DNA of 32,000 bases from Thermodesulfobacteriota bacterium (GTDB taxonomy: Bacteria > Desulfobacterota > WTBG01 > JAGOGO01), in contig CP113000.1 in the NCBI GenBank assembly GCA_026625185.1, positions 1,305,622-1,337,621 of the forward strand, given 5' to 3'. How positions within the stretch are numbered: the stretch's first letter is position 1; each line of letters begins with the position of its first letter. The notes beneath the pieces were generated by a model. It worked only from the letters and a program-made list of their open reading frames with translations, was not told the origin of the DNA and did not search any database. Positions 23,776 to 32,000 of the stretch are shown in pieces. The position numbers and the translations under genes were made by a program.

Positions 23776-25570
23776 TGTAGTAGTATTCAATATCCGCGGG
23801 CATCAAGGCAATCGCTTCCTCAATTGCTTTTAAAGCATCTTCAGTATCGCCGTTAATAAAATAAGCCTCGGCCAAAGTATCCAGGATGTGCGGTTCTCTG
23901 CTGAGCCATGCGGCTTTTTGAGCCAAGGCGAGAGCTTTTTTGTTATCGCGCAGGGATATGTCATCAGCTGTAGCATAAAGCCAGGCAAGGTTATTCAAGG
24001 CAATGGCATTAGCAGGATTATTCTGAATAATGAGCCGGTACAAGGATTCGGCGCGACAATAGTTTTTCTTGGCAAAAAAAATATCGGCCAAAGCAAGGGG
24101 GATATCAACCTGGTGAGGGTTTTTAACCATAATCCGCTGAACCTGTTTTTCCAGGAAATTTAATTCAACCGTGTTTTTTATCGGGGGGAGATTGATCGCT
24201 CCCAGGAGCAGCAAAGACAAGCAGACAAGCGCGATCAGCGTCCCTTTAATCCGCCTGACTTTTTTATCATGTAGGTCACGGCACCTCTGATCCTCAACGC
24301 AATCTACTAAAAAGTTTATTCGCTGGCTGATACTAAAATGATGCCAGTTAGGCTGGTCTTTGACGTGCCCTCCCACGCGGGAGATTTTTTCCAGGGAAGA
24401 GATGAGAGCCAAGGGGTGTCCCTTGATCTCGAATACAAAGAGGTCTGCCTGCCGCTCAAAATTCCGGGAAAGAACCCCGAAAAAGAGGCGAAAATACATG
24501 ACGATCACCAGAGCAAAAAACATCAGTGCGGATAAAGAAAACAGGGTTGGGTTATTGGTAAACTTCGTGATATACGGATATATGTAATCAGCAAAACCAT
24601 AAACAGCGAGCCCGAGAAAACTTGAGAACAAGGAAAAAAAGAGCGGAAATACTAAAAAAAGAAGGCCATAATAAACCATATGCCGTTTTTTAACATGCCC
24701 CGCTTCATGAGCAATAACCGCTTCCATTTCCTCGTCATTAAGGAGATCAAGCAGCTCCGGAGTGATGAAAAGATAGCGGAATTTTGCGATGAGGCCGGTG
24801 ATTCCCGCAGTGATGATGCGGCCCGGAAAAGAAGTCCAGATCAGTATTTCCGATACCTTGAGACCCGCCTTTCGACAAAATGCTTCGAATTTTTCCCGTC
24901 GTTCTCCTCTGGGCATAGGATGTCCGCTCCAGAACAGCCTGAGAAAAAAAGGATAAAAAATCATCAATAAAATCATAAAAGGCAGGAACCATACTAAATC
25001 CAGGAAAGAAAAACTCTCCGAAGCTCCGAGGTTTTTAGTAAACGGGATAATGCGTAAGAGGTCCTGGAAAAGCGAGAAAAGAAAAACCGGAAGCAGAATG
25101 GGAATATTAAGCCGCAGGTGCGAGATGAGGTATTTTTTTCTGGTCCGGCTAACGGAGGAAGATGTCTTAAAAAGAATAAAAGAATTAAACCAGAGAATTA
25201 TTAACAAGATGAAAAAGGGAGCAATTCCTATCGCAATGTCTAAAAACGAGGAGGCGCGCACAGAAGAAAACCCCTGGATAATATTTTTAAATCCTGTGCC
25301 ATACACTAAATAAAAATAAAGAAACAACGCGGAGATGATAAACCGTGCCTCCAGGGCATTAAGGAGAGGCATAACCCGAAAAGCCTCAAACTGACTCTGC
25401 TCGATTTTTTTTTTGTGATGCCGGAAGGCAAACCAGGTTGCCAGATACCACCCGATGATGAGAGAAATAAAGGAAAAGAGAAAATACCGGACATCTCCCG
25501 GTTCCTGGGGAGTATAGGATGAGTAAATCAACAGGGCTAAGACAAAAAATATTAAATTACTGAAAAGCAT
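23741..25570 (-). CDS. Polytopic membrane M48-family zinc metalloprotease with a C-terminal TPR domain
   Basis: 609 aa with multiple TM segments, HEAGHVKKRH (HExxH), a downstream ERQAD, one more TM segment, and then TPR-like repeats (ALNNLAWLYA..., LDTLAEAYFINGD...). Confidence 0.85.
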   Translation of the reverse strand: MLFSNLIFFVLALLIYSSYTPQEPGDVRYFLFSFISLIIGWYLATWFAFRHHKKKIEQSQFEAFRVMPLLNALEARFIISALFLYFYLVYGTGFKNIIQGFSSVRASSFLDIAIGIAPFFILLIILWFNSFILFKTSSSVSRTRKKYLISHLRLNIPILLPVFLFSLFQDLLRIIPFTKNLGASESFSFLDLVWFLPFMILLMIFYPFFLRLFWSGHPMPRGERREKFEAFCRKAGLKVSEILIWTSFPGRIITAGITGLIAKFRYLFITPELLDLLNDEEMEAVIAHEAGHVKKRHMVYYGLLFLVFPLFFSLFSSFLGLAVYGFADYIYPYITKFTNNPTLFSLSALMFFALVIVMYFRLFFGVLSRNFERQADLFVFEIKGHPLALISSLEKISRVGGHVKDQPNWHHFSISQRINFLVDCVEDQRCRDLHDKKVRRIKGTLIALVCLSLLLLGAINLPPIKNTVELNFLEKQVQRIMVKNPHQVDIPLALADIFFAKKNYCRAESLYRLIIQNNPANAIALNNLAWLYATADDISLRDNKKALALAQKAAWLSREPHILDTLAEAYFINGDTEDALKAIEEAIALMPADIEYYYKQKQKFLSKSR

Positions 25571-25597
25571 AGGTTAAAAACACTGAGGTCTTGGAAT

Positions 25598-25665
25598 GGT
25601 TTTTAAGCATGATCGCCCCGTTAGAAAATTTTCTAATGGTGTTTACTTATTTCTTGTTTTTATTA
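25598..25665. repeat. Copy 2 of the same repeat, in the divergent promoter region
   Basis: The sequence is GGTTTTTAAGC[ATGATCGCC]CCCGTTAGAAAATTTTCTAATGGT-GTTTACTTATTTCTTGTTTTT. The core lies at 25617-25640 and differs from copy 1 at two right-arm positions. The repeat is in direct orientation relative to copy 1. Confidence 0.7.
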
Positions 25666-25669
25666 TAAT
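25641..25669 (+). promoter_or_regulatory. Sigma70 promoter candidate for the Ste24-like gene
   Basis: TTTACT (25642-25647), a 16 nt spacer, then perfect TATAAT (25664-25669). The -35 abuts the palindrome core. Confidence 0.45.
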
Positions 25670-25735
25670 TTTCCCAAAGCGCAATGGACTCCTCTTTATA
25701 TATAAGATTTTTCGATTTTATCAAAGGAGATTTTT

Positions 25736-26992
25736 ATGTTAAACGCGGTCGGCATTACTTTTCTGGTCTTGATTTTGCTTAACTTTTTCCTGGAAGCTTT
25801 TTTAACACTTCTTAATCTCAGGCATTTAAAACAAACCGCTCACAGCCTTCCCGCGGTTTTTCAGGAGTGGATTAACTCTGAAACGCATGAAAAAACAATA
25901 CGCTATAACCTTGACTCCGGAAAGTTTTCTTTTTTAGAAATGGTGGTTTCTTTGCTGGTGATTATTTATTTTGTTTATTGGGGAGGATTTGATCGGATTG
26001 ATCAGATCGCTCGGAGCAGTAACCCGAACGGGTATTATCTTCCCGCGCTTATTTTTGGGGTCGTATTTTTTCTTATTAAAACCGTGATTGACCTTCCGTT
26101 TGATCTTTTCGGGACTTTTGTGATTGAGGAGCGTTACGGTTTTAACAAAATGACTCCTCGCTTGTTTGTTTCTGATCTGATAAAATCCCTCATTGTGAAC
26201 GCGGTTATCGGCATCCCGATATATTTGGGGATTTTATGGTTTATGGCCAAAGCAGGTATTTTTTGGTGGGTATGGTGCTGGGGTTTTCTGGTGGCGATCC
26301 AAATCCTTATGATGATCATTTACCCGATCTGGATTGCCCCCATATTCAATAAGTTTACTCCGCTTGAAGACGGAGAATTAAAAGACGCGATTTTGTCGCT
26401 TACCAAAAAGGCGGGGTTTCCTTTTCACGGGGTATTTACGATGGACGGGTCAAAGCGGTCGAAACACTCGAACGCTTTTTTTACCGGCATCGGAAATAAA
26501 AAGCGGATTGTGCTATTTGATACCTTGATCGCGCAGATGAAGATTCCCCAGATTCTTTCGGTTCTGGCTCATGAAATCGGCCACTATAGGCTCCGCCATG
26601 TCAAGAAACTTTTTGTCGTTAGCTCGTTAGGTTTTCTGCTGAGCCTCTATCTTTTAAGCCGGCTTTTTAATCTGGAGATTTTTTACCACGGCTTCGGATT
26701 TTCTCACCCCTCGACCTACGCGGCTTTAGTTATTTTGAGTCTGAGCCTTTCGTCTCTGTCGTTTCTTTTTACTCCGTTATTTTCAGCCCTTTCCCGGAGG
26801 TTTGAGTATAAAGCGGATGAGTTTGCCTTAAAAAATATCGATGATCCCAGACCCATGGCTGAAGTTATTGCGGTTTTAGCCAAGGAAAACCTGAGCACCT
26901 TAAACCCGCACCCTTGGTACAGTTTTTTCCATTACTCGCACCTTTCGCCGGTAGAGCGGGTCAGGGCCATGGAAAGAATAATCGCTTCATAA
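25736..26992 (+). CDS. Ste24/CAAX-prenyl-protease-type M48 zinc metalloprotease
   Basis: 418 aa with an AAAGGAG RBS, the N-terminal multi-TM Peptidase_M48_N-like region, HEIGHYRLRH, and a distal FEYKADEFA glutamate motif. Confidence 0.88.
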   Translation: MLNAVGITFLVLILLNFFLEAFLTLLNLRHLKQTAHSLPAVFQEWINSETHEKTIRYNLDSGKFSFLEMVVSLLVIIYFVYWGGFDRIDQIARSSNPNGYYLPALIFGVVFFLIKTVIDLPFDLFGTFVIEERYGFNKMTPRLFVSDLIKSLIVNAVIGIPIYLGILWFMAKAGIFWWVWCWGFLVAIQILMMIIYPIWIAPIFNKFTPLEDGELKDAILSLTKKAGFPFHGVFTMDGSKRSKHSNAFFTGIGNKKRIVLFDTLIAQMKIPQILSVLAHEIGHYRLRHVKKLFVVSSLGFLLSLYLLSRLFNLEIFYHGFGFSHPSTYAALVILSLSLSSLSFLFTPLFSALSRRFEYKADEFALKNIDDPRPMAEVIAVLAKENLSTLNPHPWYSFFHYSHLSPVERVRAMERIIAS

Positions 26993-27017
26993 AATCACTA
27001 ACCAAGGCTGTTTATGC

Positions 27018-27045
27018 TTGACAAATAATAGCCATAGGATAAAAT
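27018..27045 (+). promoter_or_regulatory. Orphan sigma70 promoter candidate
   Basis: TTGACA (27018-27023), a 16 nt spacer, then TAAAAT (27040-27045). It points at a 12-codon mini-ORF and the 27101-27140 terminator. Confidence 0.35.
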
Positions 27046-27100
27046 GCATAAATACGATAGGAGCATGACTGGAGGAAGGAGAGAGATGTTTAGCAAACAG

Positions 27101-27140
27101 AAAAACCCCGCTTTATGGACTTAAGAAGTGGGGTTTTTCT
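27101..27140. terminator. Bidirectional rho-independent terminator between convergent genes
   Basis: AACCCCGCTT-N12-AAGTGGGGTT is a 10 bp stem with one G.U pair. It is flanked by AAAAA on the left and TTTTTCTGTCTT on the right, so a U-tract follows it on either strand. Confidence 0.7.
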
Positions 27141-27354
27141 GTCTTCAAAAGGCTAAGAAAGATTTGCAAGTCAAATGGCTGAAAGGAGGCAAAGTCATTT
27201 CGAATTTGAATTTTTGACTATTTATGGTGCCAAGGCTCATTTTTCTTTATCAAATAATACAAAAAATAAGGATTTTATGCTCTTGCCCATCTATGGCAAG
27301 CCGCCATTGTCTATCCTGATATTTTTGGGGTAAGCAACCTATCATCCCTGTTTC

Positions 27355-28896
27355 TTATACGATGGGTTTAATGGGCTCCTTTTTTCTGAGTGCGGATGGC
27401 CATTGAAAATCAACGCTGTAGTGTTTGCTGAGTAAATTACTCGAAATACGGGCGGATTCGTAAATCGTAGGGAGCCCGCTTCCTGGGTGCGTGCCGCCAC
27501 CAACGAGATAACAGTGTTCAAGTTCTTCGAACTTATTGCGCGGCCGAAAATATAAAAGCTGTCTAAAGGTGTGGGCAAGGTTGAAGGTCGCTCCGATGTA
27601 AACATTATACGCATTTTCCCAGTCCTCAGGGGTGGTAACCTTCTCAACTTCGATATGTTTTTTTAACCCGTCAAACCCGCCTTTATCTATAACGATATTA
27701 AGGATCTTTGCTTTAAAATCATCTTTTATTGCTTCCCAATTAATCGCGCTTTTATTATTGGGCACCGGAACTAAAATATAGATGGCCGATTTTCCCTCTG
27801 GTGCTAAGGTGGGATCGCTGACGGAGGCGTTTTGCACATAGATCGAGGGGTCTTGAGAAAGTATCTTTTTTTCGGTTATTTCATCTACATTTTTTCGATA
27901 ATCGGAAGCAAAGAGGATATTGTGATGGGGGAGGTAGTCAAACTTTTTGTTTACCCCGAGATAGATCATAAAGGTGGAACAGGAATACTGTTTTTTTTGA
28001 AGGTTTGATGCGGAATATTTTTTTAAAAGACCAGGCTCAACAAGGTGAGTCGCGGCATAAGCAAAATCGGCATTGATGATTACGTCATCACACAGTACTT
28101 TTTCACCACTTTCGAGCTCAACCCCGCGTACTTTTCTTCCTTCGATAATAAGATGCTTTACCGGAGTTTTTTTAATGATCTGACCTCCTTCTTCATTAAC
28201 GACTTTGGCCATGGCGCGAGATATCTTATTGAGGCCTCCGATAACGTGATAGACGCCGTAGGCATATTCAATATAGGGCAATATGGTAAAAAGTGCGGGG
28301 CAGCTCCAGGGAGACATGCCAAGGTATTTTGACTGGAAGGTAAAACAAAGCTTCAATTTTTCCTGGGTGAAATAGTTGCCCAGGTTTTCAAATAGGGACT
28401 TGCCAAGGGAGAGATAAGGGAGTGCCTTAATAAAAATCGGATCAAGATAGGTGGTCAAACTCTGGTAATCTTTCTGCAGGCAGGGGAAAAGCTTTTCAAA
28501 GCGATTGGCTTCAATCTGAAAGAATTTGTCCAATCCGTCCTCATTACCAGGGAAAAGTTTCCGGGTCTGTTCTTTTAGTGTTTTTCGATTCTGAGAAGGG
28601 GAAAAAGCGCAGTCATCAAATTGCAAACGGTAGAATGGATCAAGTTTCACGAACTCAAGATAATCTTCGACCTCCCGTCCGGCTTCCGCGAACATTTCTT
28701 TTAAAATATAGTTCATCATCAAGAAAGTCGGTCCGGTATCGAACGTGAAGCCATCCAGTGTTATTGCGGCATTGCGACCGCCCACTTCTTCCGCTTTTTC
28801 AAACACCGTAACCTGAAAACCCCGGTGGGCAAGAATCATGGCACTGGTCAAACCCCCGGGGCCAGCACCAACAATGACAATATGTTTTCTTGTCAT
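27355..28896 (-). CDS. crtN: CrtI/CrtN-family carotenoid desaturase (likely 4,4'-diapophytoene desaturase)
   Basis: 513 aa with FAD motif (IVIVGAGPGGL), GFTFDTGPT, YSCSTFMIYLGV, DPSIYVQNASVSDPTLAPEGKSAIYILVPVP, and GGGTHPGSGLP. The RBS is AGAGGAG. The crtN call relies on context with crtP and crtQ. Confidence 0.8.
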   Translation of the reverse strand: MTRKHIVIVGAGPGGLTSAMILAHRGFQVTVFEKAEEVGGRNAAITLDGFTFDTGPTFLMMNYILKEMFAEAGREVEDYLEFVKLDPFYRLQFDDCAFSPSQNRKTLKEQTRKLFPGNEDGLDKFFQIEANRFEKLFPCLQKDYQSLTTYLDPIFIKALPYLSLGKSLFENLGNYFTQEKLKLCFTFQSKYLGMSPWSCPALFTILPYIEYAYGVYHVIGGLNKISRAMAKVVNEEGGQIIKKTPVKHLIIEGRKVRGVELESGEKVLCDDVIINADFAYAATHLVEPGLLKKYSASNLQKKQYSCSTFMIYLGVNKKFDYLPHHNILFASDYRKNVDEITEKKILSQDPSIYVQNASVSDPTLAPEGKSAIYILVPVPNNKSAINWEAIKDDFKAKILNIVIDKGGFDGLKKHIEVEKVTTPEDWENAYNVYIGATFNLAHTFRQLLYFRPRNKFEELEHCYLVGGGTHPGSGLPTIYESARISSNLLSKHYSVDFQWPSALRKKEPIKPIV

Positions 28897-28917
28897 TTTT
28901 TGTTCTCCTCTTATCTT

Positions 28918-30417
28918 TTATGATTGGGCACCATACTTTTTAACAATCATGTCTCTTACTTTTTGACCCGAAAGAACGACCATCGGCATCCCCCCGCCGG
29001 GATTGACACTTCCTCCGACAAAAAAGAGGTTTTCGTATTTTTCACTCGCTTTGGGGGCTTTGAGAGCAAAATTCTTTTTTTTGTCGGAAACCACTCCGTA
29101 GATAGCTCCGCGGTTAGAATAATACCACCTTTGAATATCATCCGGGGTCCACATGTCTTCAACGATGATGTGCTTACGCAGGTCCTTGATTCCCATCCGT
29201 TCAATTTTATCCAAAACTTTTTCCCGGAGACGGAGGTAGTCTTCTTGGGTAAAAGGATTGTCCTGAATATACGGGATGTGGGGCAAAATTTTAATGTTCT
29301 CGCATCCGGGTGGTGCCTGGGATTTATCCGTCCGGCACGGAGCAACCACATAAAGCGTTGGATCATCAGGCAAAACTTTTTTATGAAATACTGAATTAAA
29401 ATGTTCTTTAGGATTGTTTGAGAAAAAGAAGCTGTGGTGCCCTAATTGGGGATATTCTTTATCGACCCCTAAGTGGAGAACGAGGCCTGAGCAGGCCGGC
29501 TCAAACTTCTCGTAGCCCCTGAGAAATTTTTTCTCTTCGTGCAGTAGTTTTTCATAGGCCGGGATAACTTCCATGTTGGAAATAAATACATCTCCGGTTT
29601 TGACGTTTCCATCCTGGAGACGAACACCGGTTATTTTACCCTCGGCTTTTATCAGTTCTACGACCTCGGTATCTAAATAGAGTGTGACCCCTAATTCCTT
29701 AAGCAGGCGGGTAAGCCCCTCGGCAAGTTTAAACATGCCGCCCTTTACATACCAGAGACCATATTTGAGTTGAACATAGGGGAGAAGATTGAGGAGAGCC
29801 GGAGCGTCATACGCGGACGAGCCCACATACTTAACAAAAAAATTGAGAGTATCTTTCAAGTGGGGATTGCGGATAAACCGGGAAACACCTCCATCCATGG
29901 TGGAAAGCGCGTCAAAGGAACGGAGTAAAGAAAAAACTCCATAAAATTTTACCAGATCCCAAAAGGTGTCTAACCCTTTTTGAAAGTACCCTCGCTCGGT
30001 AAGGTCATACAATTTTTTCGAATACTCCATAAACCGGGAAAAATCTTCTATATCCTGAGGAGCAAGAAGAGCATTATGTTTTTTGAGGTCATCTTCCCTT
30101 GGATAGAGATCGATGATTTTTCCGTCTTCGAAAAAACAACGCCACTGCAGAGGGATCTCAACCAGTTCAACATAATCCTCCATTTTTTTTCCCGCACGGG
30201 TAAAAAGCGCTGCAAATATGTGTGGCAGGGTCAGAATGGAGGGTCCCAAGTCAAAGGAAAAGCCTTCTTTTTTGAGACAATTTAGCTTTCCTCCGATATG
30301 ACTGTTTTTCTCGTATACCTCCACCTTAAAACCTTCGCACGCTAATGAAAGAGCAGCTGATGCACCCCCCAAACCAGCTCCGATCACAATTGCCGTGCGA
30401 TTTTTTTCTCTGTTCAT
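28918..30417 (-). CDS. crtP: 4,4'-diaponeurosporene/diapolycopene oxygenase (CrtP/CrtNb type)
   Basis: It shares long blocks with S. aureus CrtP as I remember it: GFSFDLGPSILT, LWYVKGG, ISNMEVIPAYEKL, FEPACSG, VFHKKVLPDDPTLY, ENIKILPHIPYIQDNPFTQEDY, SNRGAIYGVVSDKKKN, and FFVGGSVNPGGGMPMVVLSGQ. The ORF opens at 30441, but AGGAGA sits 6 nt before the ATG at 30417 (MNREKN...). Confidence 0.85.
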   Translation of the reverse strand: MNREKNRTAIVIGAGLGGASAALSLACEGFKVEVYEKNSHIGGKLNCLKKEGFSFDLGPSILTLPHIFAALFTRAGKKMEDYVELVEIPLQWRCFFEDGKIIDLYPREDDLKKHNALLAPQDIEDFSRFMEYSKKLYDLTERGYFQKGLDTFWDLVKFYGVFSLLRSFDALSTMDGGVSRFIRNPHLKDTLNFFVKYVGSSAYDAPALLNLLPYVQLKYGLWYVKGGMFKLAEGLTRLLKELGVTLYLDTEVVELIKAEGKITGVRLQDGNVKTGDVFISNMEVIPAYEKLLHEEKKFLRGYEKFEPACSGLVLHLGVDKEYPQLGHHSFFFSNNPKEHFNSVFHKKVLPDDPTLYVVAPCRTDKSQAPPGCENIKILPHIPYIQDNPFTQEDYLRLREKVLDKIERMGIKDLRKHIIVEDMWTPDDIQRWYYSNRGAIYGVVSDKKKNFALKAPKASEKYENLFFVGGSVNPGGGMPMVVLSGQKVRDMIVKKYGAQS

Positions 30418-30437
30418 AAGCATTCTCCTCGTTTTGA

Positions 30438-30908
30438 TCACTGAAGAGTTTTTATGAAACGACGCATCCTTAAAAGGATTTTTATCTTCTCGCGCAGCGG
30501 TAAATCGGTGTAAAGAACGGTGATTAATCCTCGCACCGTTTTTGCTAATTCCTCAGTATAGGGGAACCAGTTTATCTCCCGCTTCGTCTTGTTTTTATTC
30601 ACCATAACCGCGGTCTCAATTGAGAACGTGTGTAACCCTTCCGCGCCATGATATTTGCCGAAACCGCTCTGCTTCACTCCGCCAAAAGGAAGATCCGGGT
30701 TGCCGATATTTTTTATGACATCATTAATATACGCGTTACCCGTTTCTAACTGGCTGACCACTCGTTTTGCTTTTTTTGTATCCCGCGACCAAACACTGGC
30801 GTTGAGACCGTATGGAGAGTCATTGGCGAGGGCAACAGCTTCTTCTTCAGTTTTAAAGGACATGATCGGTAGGAGCGGTTGCTTTAATGCACTTGGTTTT
30901 GATGACAT
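30438..30908 (-). pseudogene. Aldehyde dehydrogenase, C-terminal about 150 aa only (5'-deleted)
   Basis: PLLPIMSFKTEEEAVALANDSPYGLNASVWSRD...GNAYINDV...PFGGVKQSGFGKYHGAEG is the last third of an ALDH. The NAD-binding domain, the catalytic Cys and the EE.FGP motif are absent. Upstream lies only about 200 bp of A/T-rich spacer before crtQ. Confidence 0.7.
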
Positions 30909-31109
30909 TGTCAGATTTTCTGCAGGTCTGTTTGATAGTTTTTGATCACCAGTATGCTTTCCCCTGACTTAAGCCATGTTACTAACCCAGCTAAATTTTT
31001 TAAGAAGTTTTTGAGTTTTATTTAAACAAAATTTTAGATATAATAATAATTATACTATAAAAGCCAGGTAATACAAACAAAGAATTTGATTTTTCTCAGG
31101 AAAGAGAAA

Positions 31110-32000
31110 ATGGAATCAGTTGTCTTAGGCATATATTTTTTGTTCTGGCTTCTCGGATTTATCTTTTTATTTAGAATCCCACCCTGTAAAGGTGGGATCG
31201 GCACACGGGGGGCGTATCCTCCTATTTCGGTGATAATCCCGGCACGAAATGAAGAACGCAGCCTTCCTTCCCTCCTTTTTTCCCTGCACAACCAAAACTT
31301 AAAACCCGATGAAGTAATCGTTGTTGATGATAATTCCGAAGATACTACGGCAGAGGTCGCCGAAAAAGGAGGAGCAAAAGTTGTTCGAGCAAAACCATTG
31401 CCAGAGGGTTGGCATGGGAAGCCATGGGCGTGCTGGACCGGGGCGAAGGAGGCAAAAGGTGAAATTCTGATTTTTTTAGATGCCGACACTTTTCTGACGC
31501 CAGATGGTTTATTGAAAATTATAGGCACTTATTCAGAAAAAAAAGGCATCATTTCTGTTCAGCCTTATCACACAATGGAAAAGACCTATGAAGAACTCTC
31601 AGCGATATTTAATATAATTGTTATGGCCGGGCTGAATGCTTTTACTATTTTGGGCGAGAAAGTGAAGCCATCCGGAATTTTTGGACCCTGCCTGGTGATT
31701 GGCAAAGATGATTATTTTACCTTTGGCGGACATGAAAAGGTAAAAGACACTGTTTTGGAAGATATTGCTATCGGCCAGTTGTATAAAAAGGAAGGTTTTG
31801 TCATTCGTTGTTACGGAGGAAAGGGAACGATTTCATTTCGAATGTATCCGCGCGGAATAACTCAGCTTATGGAGGGGTGGAGTAAGGGTTTTGCAGAAGG
31901 GGCGCAGGGGATTTCTTTTGGCGTGCTTCTTATGATTATATTATGGGTTGCGGGAGGTGCTGGCGACACAAGAATTCTTTTAATGACTTTAATATCCGGA
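31110..32000 (+). CDS. crtQ: CrtQ-like family 2 glycosyltransferase (3' end outside window)
   Basis: This ORF is not in the supplied track because it has no stop inside the window. It runs 297 codons from ATG 31110: MESVVLGIYFLFWLLGF...ISVIIPARNEE...VIVVDDNSEDTT...GKPWAC...ILIFLDADT...ISVQPYH...FGPCLVI...FRMYPRG..LMEGWSKG. The 31055-31528 minus-strand ORF is its antisense shadow. Confidence 0.85.
   Translation, partial: MESVVLGIYFLFWLLGFIFLFRIPPCKGGIGTRGAYPPISVIIPARNEERSLPSLLFSLHNQNLKPDEVIVVDDNSEDTTAEVAEKGGAKVVRAKPLPEGWHGKPWACWTGAKEAKGEILIFLDADTFLTPDGLLKIIGTYSEKKGIISVQPYHTMEKTYEELSAIFNIIVMAGLNAFTILGEKVKPSGIFGPCLVIGKDDYFTFGGHEKVKDTVLEDIAIGQLYKKEGFVIRCYGGKGTISFRMYPRGITQLMEGWSKGFAEGAQGISFGVLLMIILWVAGGAGDTRILLMTLISG

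Noticed and set aside
28924-29394. 156 aa (+) and 136 aa (-, 28956-29366) ORFs inside crtP
   Set aside because: They are alternative-frame or antisense shadows of a gene with strong homology support. The same reasoning applies to 1153-1437, 1190-1381, 7044-7748, 12375-12704, 16678-17367, 19870-20184, 21336-21820 and 24338-25494.
31055-31528. 157 aa ORF on the minus strand
   Set aside because: It lies entirely antisense to the well-supported crtQ-like ORF (31110 onward). It is low-complexity, has no RBS and carries no recognisable motif.
1-32000. CRISPR array, rRNA, intact IS, prophage, integrase, or a recognisable defence or toxin-antitoxin module
   Set aside because: No regularly spaced direct repeats exist anywhere. 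The only transposase sequences are short C-terminal stubs. No recombinase, RT, Cas, restriction or TA-like ORF was seen in the six-frame track or by eye.

Overview
This is a low-GC bacterial chromosomal window, and the taxon cannot be assigned from the sequence alone. A PEP-CTERM remnant, a sigma54-type promoter and a desulforedoxin-like gene hint at an anaerobic Gram-negative lineage.

Housekeeping genes present: pyrF 3' end, rlmB, aroK, aroE, a HemN/HemW-like radical SAM gene, tRNA-Ala(GGC), priA, plsC and an M24 peptidase.

Five less ordinary blocks are interspersed among them:
1. A roughly 4.4 kb eroded accessory segment lies directly downstream of tRNA-Ala. It holds IS256- and IS5-family transposase stubs, a PEP-CTERM tail without a gene, a truncated GT2 gene, other fragments, and 670 bp with no ORF.
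2. A TPM / nucleotidyltransferase / LemA trio.
3. A beta-oxidation-like operon of thiolase, decayed etfB and etfA remnants, and a dehydrogenase-hydratase fusion in reversed domain order. It is preceded by a 740 bp palindrome-rich regulatory region with a sigma70 and a sigma54 promoter candidate.
4. Two divergent M48 metalloprotease genes. The first is bracketed by direct copies of a roughly 55 bp element whose core is a 24 bp perfect palindrome.
5. A staphyloxanthin-type C30 carotenoid cluster: crtN, crtP, a 5'-deleted aldehyde dehydrogenase, and a divergent crtQ. The crtQ ORF runs off the window end and is missing from the supplied ORF track.

I found no CRISPR array, intact mobile element, rRNA or recognisable defence system. 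I did not find a convincing novel multi-gene system; the least explained signals are non-coding repeats, palindromes and orphan promoters. All homology statements rest on motif recognition by eye and need database confirmation.
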